Origin: Eledone cirrhosa
Taxonomy: Eukaryota
Reading direction: 5' to 3'
Length of the DNA stretch: 64,000 bases
Assembly: GCA_964016885.1 (NCBI GenBank)
Contig: OZ024741.1
Coordinates: 373,860,001 to 373,924,000, forward strand
Both the position numbers and the translations under genes were made by a program. Below the pieces are notes generated by a model that saw only the letters and a program-made list of their open reading frames with translations, had not been told where the DNA came from and did not search any database. Shown piece after piece: positions 40,925 to 54,670 of the stretch (position 1 is the first letter of the stretch; each line of letters opens with the position of its first letter).

Positions 40925-42182
40925 CTAATAGTCTCTGATTTAGGCACAAGGCCAGCAATTTGGAGGAGAGGAAAGTCGATTAAATCGAACCAGTGCATTA
41001 CTGGTACTTTATTTTATCGATCTCGTAAGGATGAAAGGCAAAGCTAATCTCAGTGGGATTTGAACTCAGAATGTAAAGGAACGTTCTATAATATTAAGAA
41101 CTGGGGATTGATATGTCCGGCTAAACGTATTGAAGACGGGATCCCAGCAATGCTGCAATCCGTGACTTAAACCAGCAAGAGAATAAAAGAATAAAGAATA
41201 GAACTATATTTAAAAACAAAATTAGGTGAGACCATATGGTATTGTATATTTTTTATATTCATAGGTGGCGTGAGAATTTCTGATAGCTTTCTTAAATTAC
41301 ATTTGCGTTATTGAAAAAATAATCATAGTCTTCAGTTGATTTATATAAATCAGATTATTTAATAAGATGACAAACAAAATATTACTTTACTTTGATCTGA
41401 AAACTTTACTGCCGTCTTCATAGACATCTCAGATTTCATTAGTAGCTTTCTAAGAAATGAAATACAATGGATGCTCCGGTCTATATGTAACACAGTGTTG
41501 TCGGATGTTCACATAAATTCCAACCAAATTCACAAACGAATTTACAAATTATGGAAATATGAGGAATAAATTACGAATTGTCATATGGACGATTTTACAT
41601 TTGAGGCATTAAACCATTCTGGAGGTGCGTCGCCTAGTAGTAAGCGTGTTGGACTAACGATCATAATGTCATAGGTTCGATTTTTATGGGTTGTGAGTTC
41701 TGTTCTTGACTGATGCCAACGATCGGTGCTTATCTTGCTTTAAGTGGCGTTAAACGACTAATAATACAAACTCTCCATGAACAGGACGCCAGTCTATCGC
41801 AGGGTTAAGCCCCCACCTATTACTGGTACTCATTTTCATTTTCAGCTGAGTATACTGGAGCAACGTGAAATGAAGTGTTTCATTTTAGAACACAGCACAC
41901 AACCTAGTACAGGGATCTATGATTGTAATTCAACATATTGACAAAAATGTCGTGTCTTACAGCTATATTTTAATATATATTTTGATATATAATTAAAATG
42001 AGACGAAGCTTCAGTGGACTACGAGGCCTTATCTGAAGTACGTAGCTCGAGTTGCAGCCCACTTAATCAATATATAAATTCTATACTTATCAAAATAATT
42101 CCAGTCAAACCATTGTCGTGTTTCATAATTGTATATTAATAAATAACAAACAAATAATTTATCGCTCTACATGGTTGAATAC

Positions 42183-42538
42183 AATAAATGTAATCTGAGC
42201 TTTTCGAATATTAATAATTGTTTCTACTTTTGGCACAGGATCAGCAATTATCCCAGTGCATTACTGGATGAAAGACAAAGTTAACCTCGGCGGGATTTGA
42301 ACTCAGACAGCAAAGGGACATAACTCTATGCTGGAAAGCATGGCGTCCGACCCTCCAACGATACTGAATAATATTCGATTCGTTTGCAATTATGCAAACA
42401 GCCTCTTTAAAGCCATGTCAGTAGAATGACCCCCTCATTCTTGCTCTTGTGTTGGCATGTAAACAAGAGGCTGTTTGCATAACTGCAAACGAATCGAATA
42501 TTATTATTAATATTCGAAAAACTCAGATTACATTTATT
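42183..42538. repeat. Inverted repeat interrupted by a SINE (about 42219-42366)
   Basis: 42183-42218 plus 42367-42407 pair with 42465-42538; AATAAT on both sides of the SINE. Confidence 0.75.
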
Positions 42539-43017
42539 AATGTAAGAGCGGTGCCCCAGCATGGCCTCAGTTGGGTGGCTGGAACAAGTAAAAGAGTAAA
42601 AGAGTAATAAATATTAGGTCGTCAAGTATGAAATTTGTAGAAAGTTGTGTATTTATTACAAATTTCTACAAATTTCATACTTGACGACCCAACATTTTAA
42701 CATATATTTCAAAGGAGACAGGCACCTCTATGAGATAGGTCCTTGGCTGCAGCCCACTTAGTCCATATGTCAATATGGTACTACTGATAATCAAATCGAA
42801 ACTATGGCGAGATATTAATTAGTCATGTACCTCTTGTTCTAAGGCACTCATCACACATTTGTAAAAGTGCTTCTGAATGGGATTGTGTGATGTTCATGAT
42901 GCAGACCTGTCAACTCTCCCCGTCTGACGGGGAGATCACCCACCCAGCTTAGGGTGGGTGAGAAATGTCTTCTCTTGTGAAAATGGGTATAGCTTTCATT
43001 ATGTAAAATCTCCCCAG

Positions 43018-43235
43018 CGCGGTAGATTGGCAGTGTCGGTGAGGGTTGGGCGCCATACTTTGCAGCACATAGTTACGGCCCTTTATGATCTGAATTCAAT
43101 TCCCGCCGAGGTTAACTTTGCCTTTCATCCTTACGAGGTCGATAAAATAAAGTACCAGTCACGCACTGGGGTCAATTTCATCGACTTTCCCCACCCCCAA
43201 AATTGCTGGCCTTGTGCCTATATAAAAAACCATTA
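43018..43235 (+). mobile_element. Short-tail SINE
   Basis: Full head, core and tail; flanked by the duplicated CATTATGTAAAATCTCCCCA. Confidence 0.85.
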
Positions 43236-43434
43236 TGTAAAATCTCCCCATTTTGCCTCATTTCCCCCTCGTTTTGGTACTCCCCGGGATAGGTTGGCAG
43301 GTCTGTGATGAGTGGTATCAATGACGTAAAGACACATTATTGTTGTCAGTGTTTCATAATGGAGAATTTGGGGAATCGAAGAATACGTAGGAGTTACATA
43401 TTTCACTTCATTTCCTGCTTATACACACACACAC

Positions 43435-44220
43435 GTAGTTACATACACCACATACACACACATATGCCACGTACACACTCCACACACACACACACACACG
43501 TACAGTTACATACACACACATATGCCACGTACACACTCCACACACACACACACACACGTACAGTTACATACACCACATACACACACATATGCCACGTACA
43601 CACTCCACACACACACACGTACAGTTACATACACCACATACACACACATATGCCACGTACACACTCCACACACACACACACACACACGTACAGTTACATA
43701 CACCACATACATACACATATGCCACGTACACACTCCACACACACGTACAGTTACATACACCACATACACACTGCATACACACACATATGCCACGTACACA
43801 CTCCACACACACACACACACACACACGTACAGTTACATACACCACATACACACCGCATACACACATATGCCACGTACACACTCCACACACACACATACGT
43901 ACAGTTACATACACCACATACACACACATATGCCGCGTACACACTCCACACACACACATACGTACAGTTACATACACCACACACACACATACGTACAGTT
44001 ACATACACCATATACACACACATATGCCACGTACAGACACCACAGACACACACACACACATACACACACATATGCCACGTACAGACACCACAGACACACA
44101 CATACCATGCACATATGCAGCATACACACTCATCTAGTTACACACACATACACTTACAGTGTACGCACACGTAGTTACATACACCGCATGCACATCACAT
44201 ACAGATACATATGCCATGTA
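43435..44220. repeat. Minisatellite of about 60-bp units built on (CA)n
   Basis: GTACAGTTACATACACCACATACACACACATATGCCACGTACACACTCCA(CA)n repeated roughly ten times. Confidence 0.9.
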
Positions 44221-44524
44221 CGCACACATACACACACACACACAGGCAACATACAAACACATACACTTAGACGCAGCACATACACACGTGCCCTCATATA
44301 CACGCGCGCACATATACAAATGACCAGATACTCACACGAGTACATACATACACACACACACACACGCCACAGACAGACACACACACGCCACATACATACA
44401 CACAGGCCACATACATACCCACATGCAACGTGCACCACAAACAACATAGCACATACACACACACCGCAAGCACACATGCAACGTATAGTAGACACATACA
44501 CGTACACACATATCGATATACCAT

Positions 44525-44820
44525 GAAGAATATAAAAGGATCCTCCATCATCATCGACGATGAGTGTTCCAGTGTGTTGATCAACACAAGCCCCCACCCT
44601 ACAACCACTCCACTTCACCCCTATCAGCCGACATCATGGAAGTTCCGGCCCCGGCCAGTAACTTTTCCCCGGCTGCGTCCATTGAGGACGTAGTAACTGC
44701 CCTGAGATCCTTCCCAGGCAGCAGCAATGGCGGAGTGGACGGCCTGCGCCCCAGCCACCTCGGAGACCTTATCTCGCCTCACGCTGCAGAAGCAGGGTCC
44801 TGATTACTTCAGTCGATAAC
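44525..44820 (+). pseudogene. CRE-like non-LTR retrotransposon fragment (pre-RT region)
   Basis: V..ALRSFPGSSNGGVDGLRPSHLGDL resembles the SFP.GS.GG.DGLRP.HL.DL motif recalled for CRE-clade elements. Confidence 0.6.
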
Positions 44821-44824
44821 AGCG

Positions 44825-45627
44825 TAAGGATGAAAGGCAAAAAGTTAACCTTGGCGGGATTTGAACTCAGAATGTAAAGGGCCGTTAAATATTGGTTTCT
44901 GATTTAGGCACAAAGCCAACAATTTGGGGGAGAGAAAGGTCGATTAAATCAACCCCAGTGTCTTATATATTACCGACCTCGTAAGTATGAAAGGCAAAGC
45001 TAACCTCGGCGGGATTTGAACTCAGAACGTAAATGGACGTAACTCTATGCCGCAAAGCATGATGTCCGACGTTCTACCGATTCTGCCAATCCACCACACC
45101 TGAAAAAAAGGATTAAAATAATTGTTTCTACTTTAGGCACAATGCCAGCAATTACCCAGTGCATTACTGGTACTTTATTTTATCGACCCCGTAAGGATGA
45201 AAGGCAAAGTCAACCTCGGCGGGATTTGAACTCAGATCGTAAAGAGACGTAACTATGCTGGAAAGCATGGCGTCCGACTCTCTACCGATACTGCCAATGC
45301 TTTCTGATTTAGGCACAAGGCCAGCAATTTTGGAGGAGAGGACAGTTGATTAAATCGACTGCAGTGCGTGACGGGTACTTTATTTTATCGATCTCTTAAG
45401 GATAAAAGGATTAAAATAATGGTTTCTACTATAGGCACAAGGCCAGCAATTTTGGAAGAGAGGAAAGTAAATTAAATTGAACCCAGTGCGTGACTGGTAC
45501 TTTATTTTATCGACCCCGTAAGTATGAAAGACAAAGTTAACCTCGGCGGGATTTGAACTCAGAACGTAAAGGGCCATAACTCTATGCTGTAAAGTATGGT
45601 GTCTGACGCTCTACCGATACTACCAAT
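44825..45627 (-). mobile_element. Array of five same-orientation SINE copies and fragments
   Basis: Repeated cores and tails near 44825, 44893, 45120, 45300 and 45418. Confidence 0.85.
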
Positions 45628-45949
45628 TAATTAATGAAAAACGAGAAGACGAAAGGAAGGAACATTCTAGATCCGTAACTAGTCGGTGTGTTTCTGTCGA
45701 CCTGAGGAGGCTACGGTAGCAGTCACTTCTCTAAATCGACCACGTAGTGGTATCGATCTCAGTACCTCCATGATCGGGAACAGAACCACTTAACCATTTT
45801 GATTAGTTCCCGCCAGTAGAACTATTTGTTGTTGAATTCGATATCGAAATTTGGTGTTCCATTAATGTTTAAAGCATGGATAGATAGCCAGGTAGATGTA
45901 CAATGTAAGAAAGACTAACAGATTTTATAGTCTACTAAAGACACCAACA

Positions 45950-46000
45950 CTACTACTACTAGTACCAACGCTAATACTATTACTATTACTACTACTACTA

Positions 46001-46049
<49 letters not shown>

Positions 46050-46394
46050 TAACTACTAACACCACCACTACTAGCACTATTACTATTATCGCCACTACTA
46101 CTATTATTTCCCTACGACCACCACTACGACCACTACTACTACCGCTACTATTACTAACACTACCACTACCACAACTATCACAATTTCCACTGCCACTACC
46201 ACTATTTCTACTACCACCAACAACACCATTTCGGCTACCACCACAACTACCACTACCACATCTAGTACAACCACTATTACCACCGCTACTACCACCGCTA
46301 CTACTACCGCTACCGCCACCGCCTGTACTACTACTACTACTACCACTACTACTACTACAAGCAATACCAATACCACCACCACTACCACCACCAT

Positions 46395-46428
<34 letters not shown>
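45950..46428. repeat. (ACT)n/(ACC)n trinucleotide tract
   Basis: Directly visible. Confidence 0.95.
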
Positions 46429-46430
<2 letters not shown>

Positions 46431-46615
46431 CTTTCCCAAGATACAGGTCCGAGTGTTGTGATAATATACAATATAATTTCATGTAACTAAGTTAAGTTAC
46501 TTACCCTGTTACAATGTAGGCAGTCGCCCACCCCTGAGGTTTGAAATCAACTACACCTGTATTTAATTGTAAACAAACTACCAGCTGTTTCATACTCACA
46601 CACACACACACACAC

Positions 46616-46673
<58 letters not shown>

Positions 46674-46674
46674 A

Positions 46675-46896
46675 AATGAAGTAGTTCCGTCGGAAAGGTC
46701 CAGGAAAAAAGAGTGCTCTATGTAGGTTACAGAGCTTAATAGTTATGTAATAAACAACATAATTATTTCATTTACCAGTGGTTTCTTGAAAGCAAACAAA
46801 TCTGCTTTCAGTCATCAAAATGAAAAAATCCTAGTGTTTTTTAAAAAAACACCAGGATTTTTTCATTGAAATAATTATCTTATGTTGTTTATTACA

Positions 46897-46902
<6 letters not shown>
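46675..46902 (-). mobile_element. PLE family C fold-back with HHR (46769-46822)
   Basis: Minus strand CATT TTGATGA CTGAAAGCAGA..TTTGCTTTCAA GAAA CCACTGG TA AATG; inverted arm about 46869-46902. Confidence 0.7.
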
Positions 46903-46983
<81 letters not shown>

Positions 46984-47151
46984 TGTGTGTGTGAGAGAGA
47001 CATAAGTTACATTCATACATACATTATATAATGCACATACACATACATTCACACACACATAGACACAAACATAGACATACATACACACACACACATACAC
47101 ACATATATATATATGTGTGAGAAAAACCACAGACCCTCCATCTCAACTCTA

Positions 47152-47187
47152 CTTTTGAAAAGCAGAAGAACTGCGAAACCGGTAAAG
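47152..47187 (+). ncRNA. Minimal hammerhead with U3-A8 variant core
   Basis: CTT TTGAAAA GCAG-AAGAA-CTGC GAAA CCGG TA AAG. Confidence 0.65.
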
Positions 47188-47313
47188 GAACCAAATAAAT
47201 ATATATATTTAAAAATAAGACTCCAGTTGCATTTTCGATTTCATCTTTTTTTCTTTATACTTTCACTCGTGTAGGAGACCTCGGTTATTTTTCATTTTGT
47301 AAAAAAACCACAC

Positions 47314-47390
<77 letters not shown>

Positions 47391-47417
47391 CCTTACTTTC
47401 TAATATATATATATATA

Positions 47418-48385
47418 ACGGCGATGAATTAGTTTTGCGAGGTTTTTTATATGAAATCTTTTAAGAAAACCCACTATACTAATAGGAAATGTATCATATG
47501 TAAGGTAAACCCCCGAATAAACTGTAAAACTAGAAACGTAGTCTATAGCATAAGATGTACAGAGAGTACTTGCAGGAACATGACAACAACATACATAGGC
47601 GAGACAGCTCTTAGCATAGGTGAAAGGATAGACCAACACTGGGGGGAACTAAAAGGACGAAAAAACGGTTCAGTACTATACGAACATGCCAGACAACAAC
47701 ACGACGGTAACATAGACAACATAGAAATTAGAATAATATCTAAACATAGAAATGACCCAGCAGATATGCAAATCAGAGAGGCCAGTGAAATAGAACTTAG
47801 AAGGCCAAGGCTAAACAGAAAGAATGAATGGAATAACAACAACACCCAAAGAAACAACACTGACCTAAGAGAAGTATAAATAAATAAATAGATAAATAAA
47901 TAAATAAATACATACACAAGCACAATAACAACAAACACATATAAACACACACTGGTAAAGATAGAATACATTAACCAATACACAGTCACCCAATCACAAA
48001 CACACATCAAACAAAACACTGTACACACACGCAAACGCATGCGCAAAGAAGACAAAATAAAATAAACAAATAAATAAATATATAAACAGACTAAATAAAC
48101 ATGGCGTAGAAAATACAATGCAACGGGAGGAAACAATAGCACCACTGACGATGTGTTGCAGATGTGCAACGAAAGAACTTTGATAGACTATATATATGTG
48201 TTTGTGTCTATATTGTATCTGTATTATTTTTGACCGTTGGTCAGTCAATGGCAACATTGAGGACCGAATAAATTAGATTACCGATATAAAAGACTCAGAA
48301 GCGAAAAGCGAAAACCAACCAAACAGTGAGTGTGTTCTGTTATTAATTCTGGCAATATTACACAAATATGACCCTCCCCAAGTAT

Positions 48386-48390
<5 letters not shown>
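47418..48390 (+). mobile_element. PLE family A: inverted tail, GIY-YIG fragment, 3' UTR, HHR (48143-48182), pLTR end
   Basis: ORF 47451-47879 has CIIC..CKTRNVVYSIRC..C..YIGET..ERI.QH..H..RE..I..RPRLN; ends ATGACCCTCCCCAAGTATAACAATA then (TA)n. Confidence 0.85.
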
Positions 48391-48441
<51 letters not shown>

Positions 48442-48523
48442 TTTAAAAATGATGCTTACACTCTGCTAATGTAATAAGTACCTTTTTTTAACCGTGGCTA
48501 CACCCCGATATTACTCGGGATCG

Positions 48524-48669
<146 letters not shown>

Positions 48670-48712
48670 ACTTGGCAAGCTATTTAGAACACTGGTTTAA
48701 TCGCTTTACTTC

Positions 48713-48747
48713 CCTCCGAAGAAGAGATATTATCTCGAAAATTAAGG
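48713..48747 (+). ncRNA. Minimal hammerhead-like motif (U4C core)
   Basis: CCT CCGAAGA A GAGA-TATTA-TCTC GAAA AT TA AGG in a 240-bp island between (TA)n tracts. Confidence 0.6.
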
Positions 48748-48901
48748 ACATTTAAATAAATCTAAGGTAGAAGACTAATTGTCAACAATATCTTTTGCAT
48801 TTGCATTCTTTATTCTATGTCCATACCTGCATTGTCTTGGCTTTACAAATACAAACGTTTATACCTCATTACACAATGCTTCAAGTGAACTATAACTTCC
48901 T

Positions 48902-48956
<55 letters not shown>

Positions 48957-48962
<6 letters not shown>

Positions 48963-49103
48963 ATGTAAGCTATCGCCGTATTTTGACTAAAGAAATTAAA
49001 GAAATTATTTAGCCTGATAGTGGGGTTAAGAACCCTGGGAGAAATGGAAAAAGATGAGTATTGACGTACATGTACATATACGGCGATAGCTTACATTTAT
49101 AAT
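48957..49103. repeat. Short element with about 25-bp terminal inverted arms; second copy at about 27550-27680
   Basis: ATAAATGTAAGCTATCGCCGTAT ... ATACGGCGATAGCTTACATTTAT. Confidence 0.7.
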
Positions 49104-49392
49104 AATTTCAAACCCGCTCACTGTTTCGAAAATATTCTTACATATATATACATATGAATATGTGTATGTGCTTGTGTGTACGTGACGGAAATTCACTGGT
49201 CGAACGAACATACATTCTTTAGAGTCTGTTCTGTCCACAACACTATTACCACAAGAATATATCAATATGTATGTAAGACCATCTAAATATTAGTGTGTGT
49301 GTGTCTGTGTGTATGTATGTGCGTGCATATGTATGTGTGTGTGGCCGTGTTTGTGCGCGCGTAAATTTTGTGTGCATTTATATACGGTAGGC

Positions 49393-49440
<48 letters not shown>

Positions 49441-49446
49441 TATTAT

Positions 49447-49498
<52 letters not shown>

Positions 49499-49804
49499 AT
49501 ATATTGGTAAACGGAATAGAAAATGCTGACAAATTGTTCACAGTTGAAAAATGGTTTAATTAGGAATAAAAGTGATTGTATGGGTTAGTATTCAGTTGTG
49601 GTTTTAAGTTTTTAAGTTTTTACCGGTTGCGCATTTCTAAATGCTTTTCAAAAATAATTTTGAGATAGTGTCCGTGTTGTTTGCTCTGATCTGATTAGTT
49701 TTGGGAATTCTACCTGTTTTTATGTTAAAAAGGTGGCTCCAGCGTTACTTTGGTGTTGCAAAAATTCATATATATATGTATATGTATGTATATATATATA
49801 TATA

Positions 49805-49856
<52 letters not shown>

Positions 49857-51318
49857 ATATATATATATATATATATAAAATAGTAAGATGAAAAAACTTT
49901 AATCAACTTAATTTATACAAGTAATTAGCAGAAGACTCACTCTAGGGGTGTGTTTAAATCTAAAGAATAAAGCTAGGATTTGTGGATCGAAAGTTTGAGC
50001 ATATAGACAATACAGATTTTTGTAAACCTAGCCTTTAAGCCCAACTGGTGAAAACAACGGCTATGTTTCGATCTTATACCTCCTCGGAGGTCAATTGGAA
50101 ACCAGTAAACATCGCCGCCATCGTTCACCAAAAAAGATACAAAAATTCTTAAAGACCAGATCCAATCCAATCCACATTATTAATATCATATATAAATTTC
50201 GATCAAGTAATTTTATAGCAATTATCTCCCTTGCTTCTTTTTTAAAAAAATTGTAAATGCCACTAAAGGGTGTTTGTCTGTATTAATTACTTGGATAATC
50301 TCAGCTGATCAAATTTTTCAACTCACTTTGTGACACCCTACATCATTTGTATTGAGTATGCAGTTCTTTTCCCTGAGGTATTTTCCCTCTGGCGAATTAT
50401 CCATATTATTGAAAGAGTGTGAGAAAGCGAGAATGTGTGTCTGTGTGTGTGTGTGTATGTGTGTGTATGTGTCTATGTATATGCATTTATGTGTATAGCC
50501 GACACCACGTCTTTGTTTACGTTGAAAGTTACAACTAAATGCTGTATGTACGTGGAAGCATGTATAATCATTACATACGTACGTAGCATTAAGCACCTCC
50601 GGCAAATATAATCTAATAATATTTTGCTTCTTTCTTTCTTTTTTTCCTTTCTCTTCTTTCCTTTTTATTTCCTATGTATGTATGTACATATGAATGTGAC
50701 GTCTGTTTATTACATAGCCAGTGCATCTGTATAAAAAAGCACAACAGGTGTGAATGAGAGAACCAGTTGTGTATCATACACAAGCATAACAAATCACAAA
50801 ATCGGTTCAACAAGTGGTGGTGAAAGTACAGATGAAATATTTTTACAAGTTCGTTGTAAAAGCACTCAGTATTCTTTCACCTGACGACTAAATATAACAG
50901 AAACCCACAGATTTGTTTAACGATTCAGTTTTATTTTATTCTATTTTATTTTATTGTATTTTATATATCGTTTGTTTTTTGTTTTACTTTCGAAACACAT
51001 TAACCATTAACGAAACGATAATATAATTAAGGGTAAGGGTCCTAATTAAACGCATGAAACAGTAGTGAAAACATAGCAATTAGACTCCTAAATATTGCAT
51101 CTTTATCAGCAAGCACCCAGAAGTTTGTTTATTTTAGTTGTCCACACGTATACAGTACATACAGTAAAATAAAGAACTAATGTTTCATGTGGTAGACAGC
51201 TGTCTGTTTGGATGAGCGAAAACCGGGTTGATAGCTATAAAGGATGTCGCCAATAAATAGCATAGCTATTGCTTATAACGAGAGAGGGAAGTGTTAACAT
51301 ATTTACTTTGTTGCATAG

Positions 51319-51375
51319 TGGCCCTGACCATCTGCCACCATTTGTCTAGCAAGATCACGTCTCCATTTGAGATGG
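51319..51375 (+). CDS. Candidate 57-bp symmetric exon of an unknown host gene
   Basis: Branch-like TTAAC, TTTACTTTGTTGCATAG acceptor, open frame (V)[21 protein letters not shown]|GTACGG donor. Confidence 0.3.
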
Positions 51376-51525
51376 GTACGGACGGGGGTCACCTCACCAC
51401 CGACGACACACAAATACACACACACGCACTCATTCATACAGACACATACATGATTCCATATATATATATATATATATATATATACGGAATCATGTATGTA
51501 ATATATATATATATAAATGTATGTA

Positions 51526-51586
<61 letters not shown>

Positions 51587-51598
51587 ATGTATGCATGC

Positions 51599-51652
<54 letters not shown>

Positions 51653-52047
51653 TGCACATTGCACGTTTCTCTCGTAACAGTCTATTTCTGTTTAGTTCGA
51701 AGAAAGAAGTATTTATAATAAGTTTGATCGTAGTTATTAAAACTTCGCTATACACAAGACACTCGTTCACATCTCTCACGCGTATACATACACACACGTC
51801 ACACGTATACAGACACACACATATACATACATACACACACTCATTATACACGTACGTTCGGTCTGTCTATCTTTCTGCCCGTACAAATAATTGCATACTA
51901 TGTATACACACACATACAAACACACGCGCGCGCACACATACACACACACGCACAAATATATATATATATTTATCCGAGTACGTATGTATGTAATGTATGT
52001 TATATATATATATATATACAATGATTTATCTACATATATATATATAC

Positions 52048-52078
<31 letters not shown>

Positions 52079-52079
52079 T

Positions 52080-52660
52080 AGGTAGATAGATAAATAGATA
52101 GGAAAGTAGGTAGGTAGGTAGGTAGATAGGTAGGTAGGTAGGTAGGTAGGTAGGTAGGTAGGTAGGTAGGTAGGTTGGTAGGTAAATATGTAGGTAGGTA
52201 GGTAGATAAATATGTAGGTAGGTAGGTAAATATGTAGGTAGGTAGGTAAATATGTAGGTAGGTAAATATGTAGGTAGGTAGGTAGGTAGGTAGGTAGGTA
52301 GGTAGGTAGGTAGGTAGGTAGGTAGATGGATAGGTAGGTAGATAAATATGTAGGGAGGTAAATAGTTAGGTAGGTAGATAGGTAAGTGGGTAAGGTAGGT
52401 AGGTAGGTAAGTAGGTAGGTGGGTAGGTAAATATGTAGGTAGGAGGTAAATAGGTAGCTAGGAAGTAGATGGGTGGGTAAGTATATCACACACACATGCA
52501 TACATACACGCATACACACATACATACATACACGCATACACACATACATACATACATACATACATACATACATACATACATACATACATACATACATACA
52601 TACATACATACATACATACATACATACATACATACATACATACATACGTACGTACTACAT
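52080..52660. repeat. (TAGG)n with AAATATG variants, then (TACA)n
   Basis: Directly visible. Confidence 0.95.
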
Positions 52661-53519
52661 ACATAGAGTTTATTTATGTTCGATATAGAGTTTGACTTTG
52701 ACATCATAGTAACAGTAATGACAGCAAGCTTACAAATTTATAAGGAGTAGTGCAAGCGATGTTGCTATGTCGATATATAGAGTGAAGCAGTGAATGAAAC
52801 GGCAAAAATATTTAAACGTACTCACCGAACATTTGCTAGGGTATGGCGCCGATTCCTATTCATACGATGTAAGTGAAGTTCACTAATAGTTCCAATTTCT
52901 GCTTGTGACATGTTTGTTGTGTATGACAAGGTGTGTATTATTTATTTATTTAATGTTATAGTACTACTGTGGCAGTTAGGCCCAGTCAGATACGATCCTC
53001 CTGCTGCTGTTGTTATCCGAAAGAAGACAAACGTCTAGATAGGGAATAACAGTGACACATATATAGACAGAGGCAGTGCATGTACGCATAACACATATAC
53101 ACATACACACATATATACATACACACAGGCGCCGCGCGCGCGCACGCACACACCTATACACACACACACATAAACAGACAAATACACGCACGCAGACACA
53201 CGGAAGAAGGAGAAGAATTGAAAAGAAGAATCTGGTTAATTTGCTGATTCCAAGGAAGAGACACAGAGAAAAAAGGAGAGAGAGATTATATATAGAGGTA
53301 AGCGCAAATGATATAAAGTTCACAATAAAGATGTTGGGACACATACACGCACACACGCACACGCATACATACATACATACATATACATATACACTTATTT
53401 GTGTGTGTGTGTGTGTGTTTTCCACTTGAGAGATGGTAAAAGGGAGTGAGACACAACTATTACAGACAATGGACAGCTGTTAAAGTGTTGTGGTAGCAGA
53501 ACTATTGCCTTTCGACCAA

Positions 53520-53577
53520 CAACAACAGTAGCAGCAGCAGCAATAGTAGTGGTAGTAGTAGCAGTAGTAGTAGTAGC

Positions 53578-53619
<42 letters not shown>

Positions 53620-53720
53620 TGTTTTGGGATGGTTTTTTTTTACTATTGCGGTAGTAGTAGTAGTAGAAGTGGTGGTAGTGGTGGTGGTGGCAATGGTGGT
53701 AGTAGTAGTAGTAGTAGTAA

Positions 53721-53756
<36 letters not shown>

Positions 53757-53849
53757 CAGTAGTAGTAATGGTAGTGTTGTAGTAACAGTGCACTGCGATA
53801 TTAATAGTGGCAATAATTCTACTAGTACTACTATTACTACTACTACTAC

Positions 53850-53914
<65 letters not shown>

Positions 53915-54035
53915 TGACGTTGATAGTGCTAAGGGTGGTGGTGGTGGTGGTGGCGATATTTATGATACTATTTACATGTTAGTGTTAGTGTTAGTGGCAT
54001 TATATGTGGTGGTGGTGGTGGTGGTGGTAGTGGTT
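53520..54035. repeat. (AGT)n/(GGT)n tract with an internal (ACT)n inversion
   Basis: Directly visible. Confidence 0.9.
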
Positions 54036-54284
54036 ATGAAAGCGTAAACTAAGAGATTTGTTTTTGTTGTACTTTTTGTATCAACAAAGATACACGTGTG
54101 TTTATAGTACACACACACACACACTCTCTTTCTATTTCTCTTTTCTCCTATCACACACTCTCTTTCTCTCACACATATTCTCTCTCTCTCTCTCGCTCTC
54201 TCCCTCTCTCATACGAACAGATCTAGACTTACATACACACATGCACTATATTCTCCGAGGTTTTTTTTAATTCTTTAAAATCTT

Positions 54285-54474
54285 CCTATTTTATTCTTTT
54301 ACTGGTTTTCAGACATTAAACTGCAGCCATGTTGGGCCACCGATTCAATGGATTATAGTTGATTATATCAACACCAGTACCTGTTTTATTGAGCTCTATT
54401 TGTTGAACCTCTCAGTTACGGGATGTAAACAAAAGCTAATGTAAATATAGGTACGGAAGCTCGTCACACATACA

Positions 54475-54552
<78 letters not shown>

Positions 54553-54670
54553 TGACGAGCTTCCGTGCAATTTCCGTTTACCAAATTTCACTCACGAGGT
54601 GCCAGGCAGAAAGATTGAAACCAGGGCCACGTGGTTGCGAAGAGGACTTCTTATCCCCACAGATATGCCT
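54285..54670 (-). mobile_element. Third tRNA-SINE family with internal (TG)n and AAAAGA-type tail
   Basis: Tail similar to 41090-41200 and 42545-42605; tRNA-like head near 54610-54665. Confidence 0.55.

Noticed and set aside
43435-44220. Regular repeats resembling a CRISPR array
   Set aside because: No unique spacers, no cas genes, eukaryotic context
45700-45730. CTGAGGA plus hairpin as an HHR
   Set aside because: No GAAA after the stem
54552-54620. CTGACGA as an HHR core
   Set aside because: Lies within a SINE body with no compatible stems
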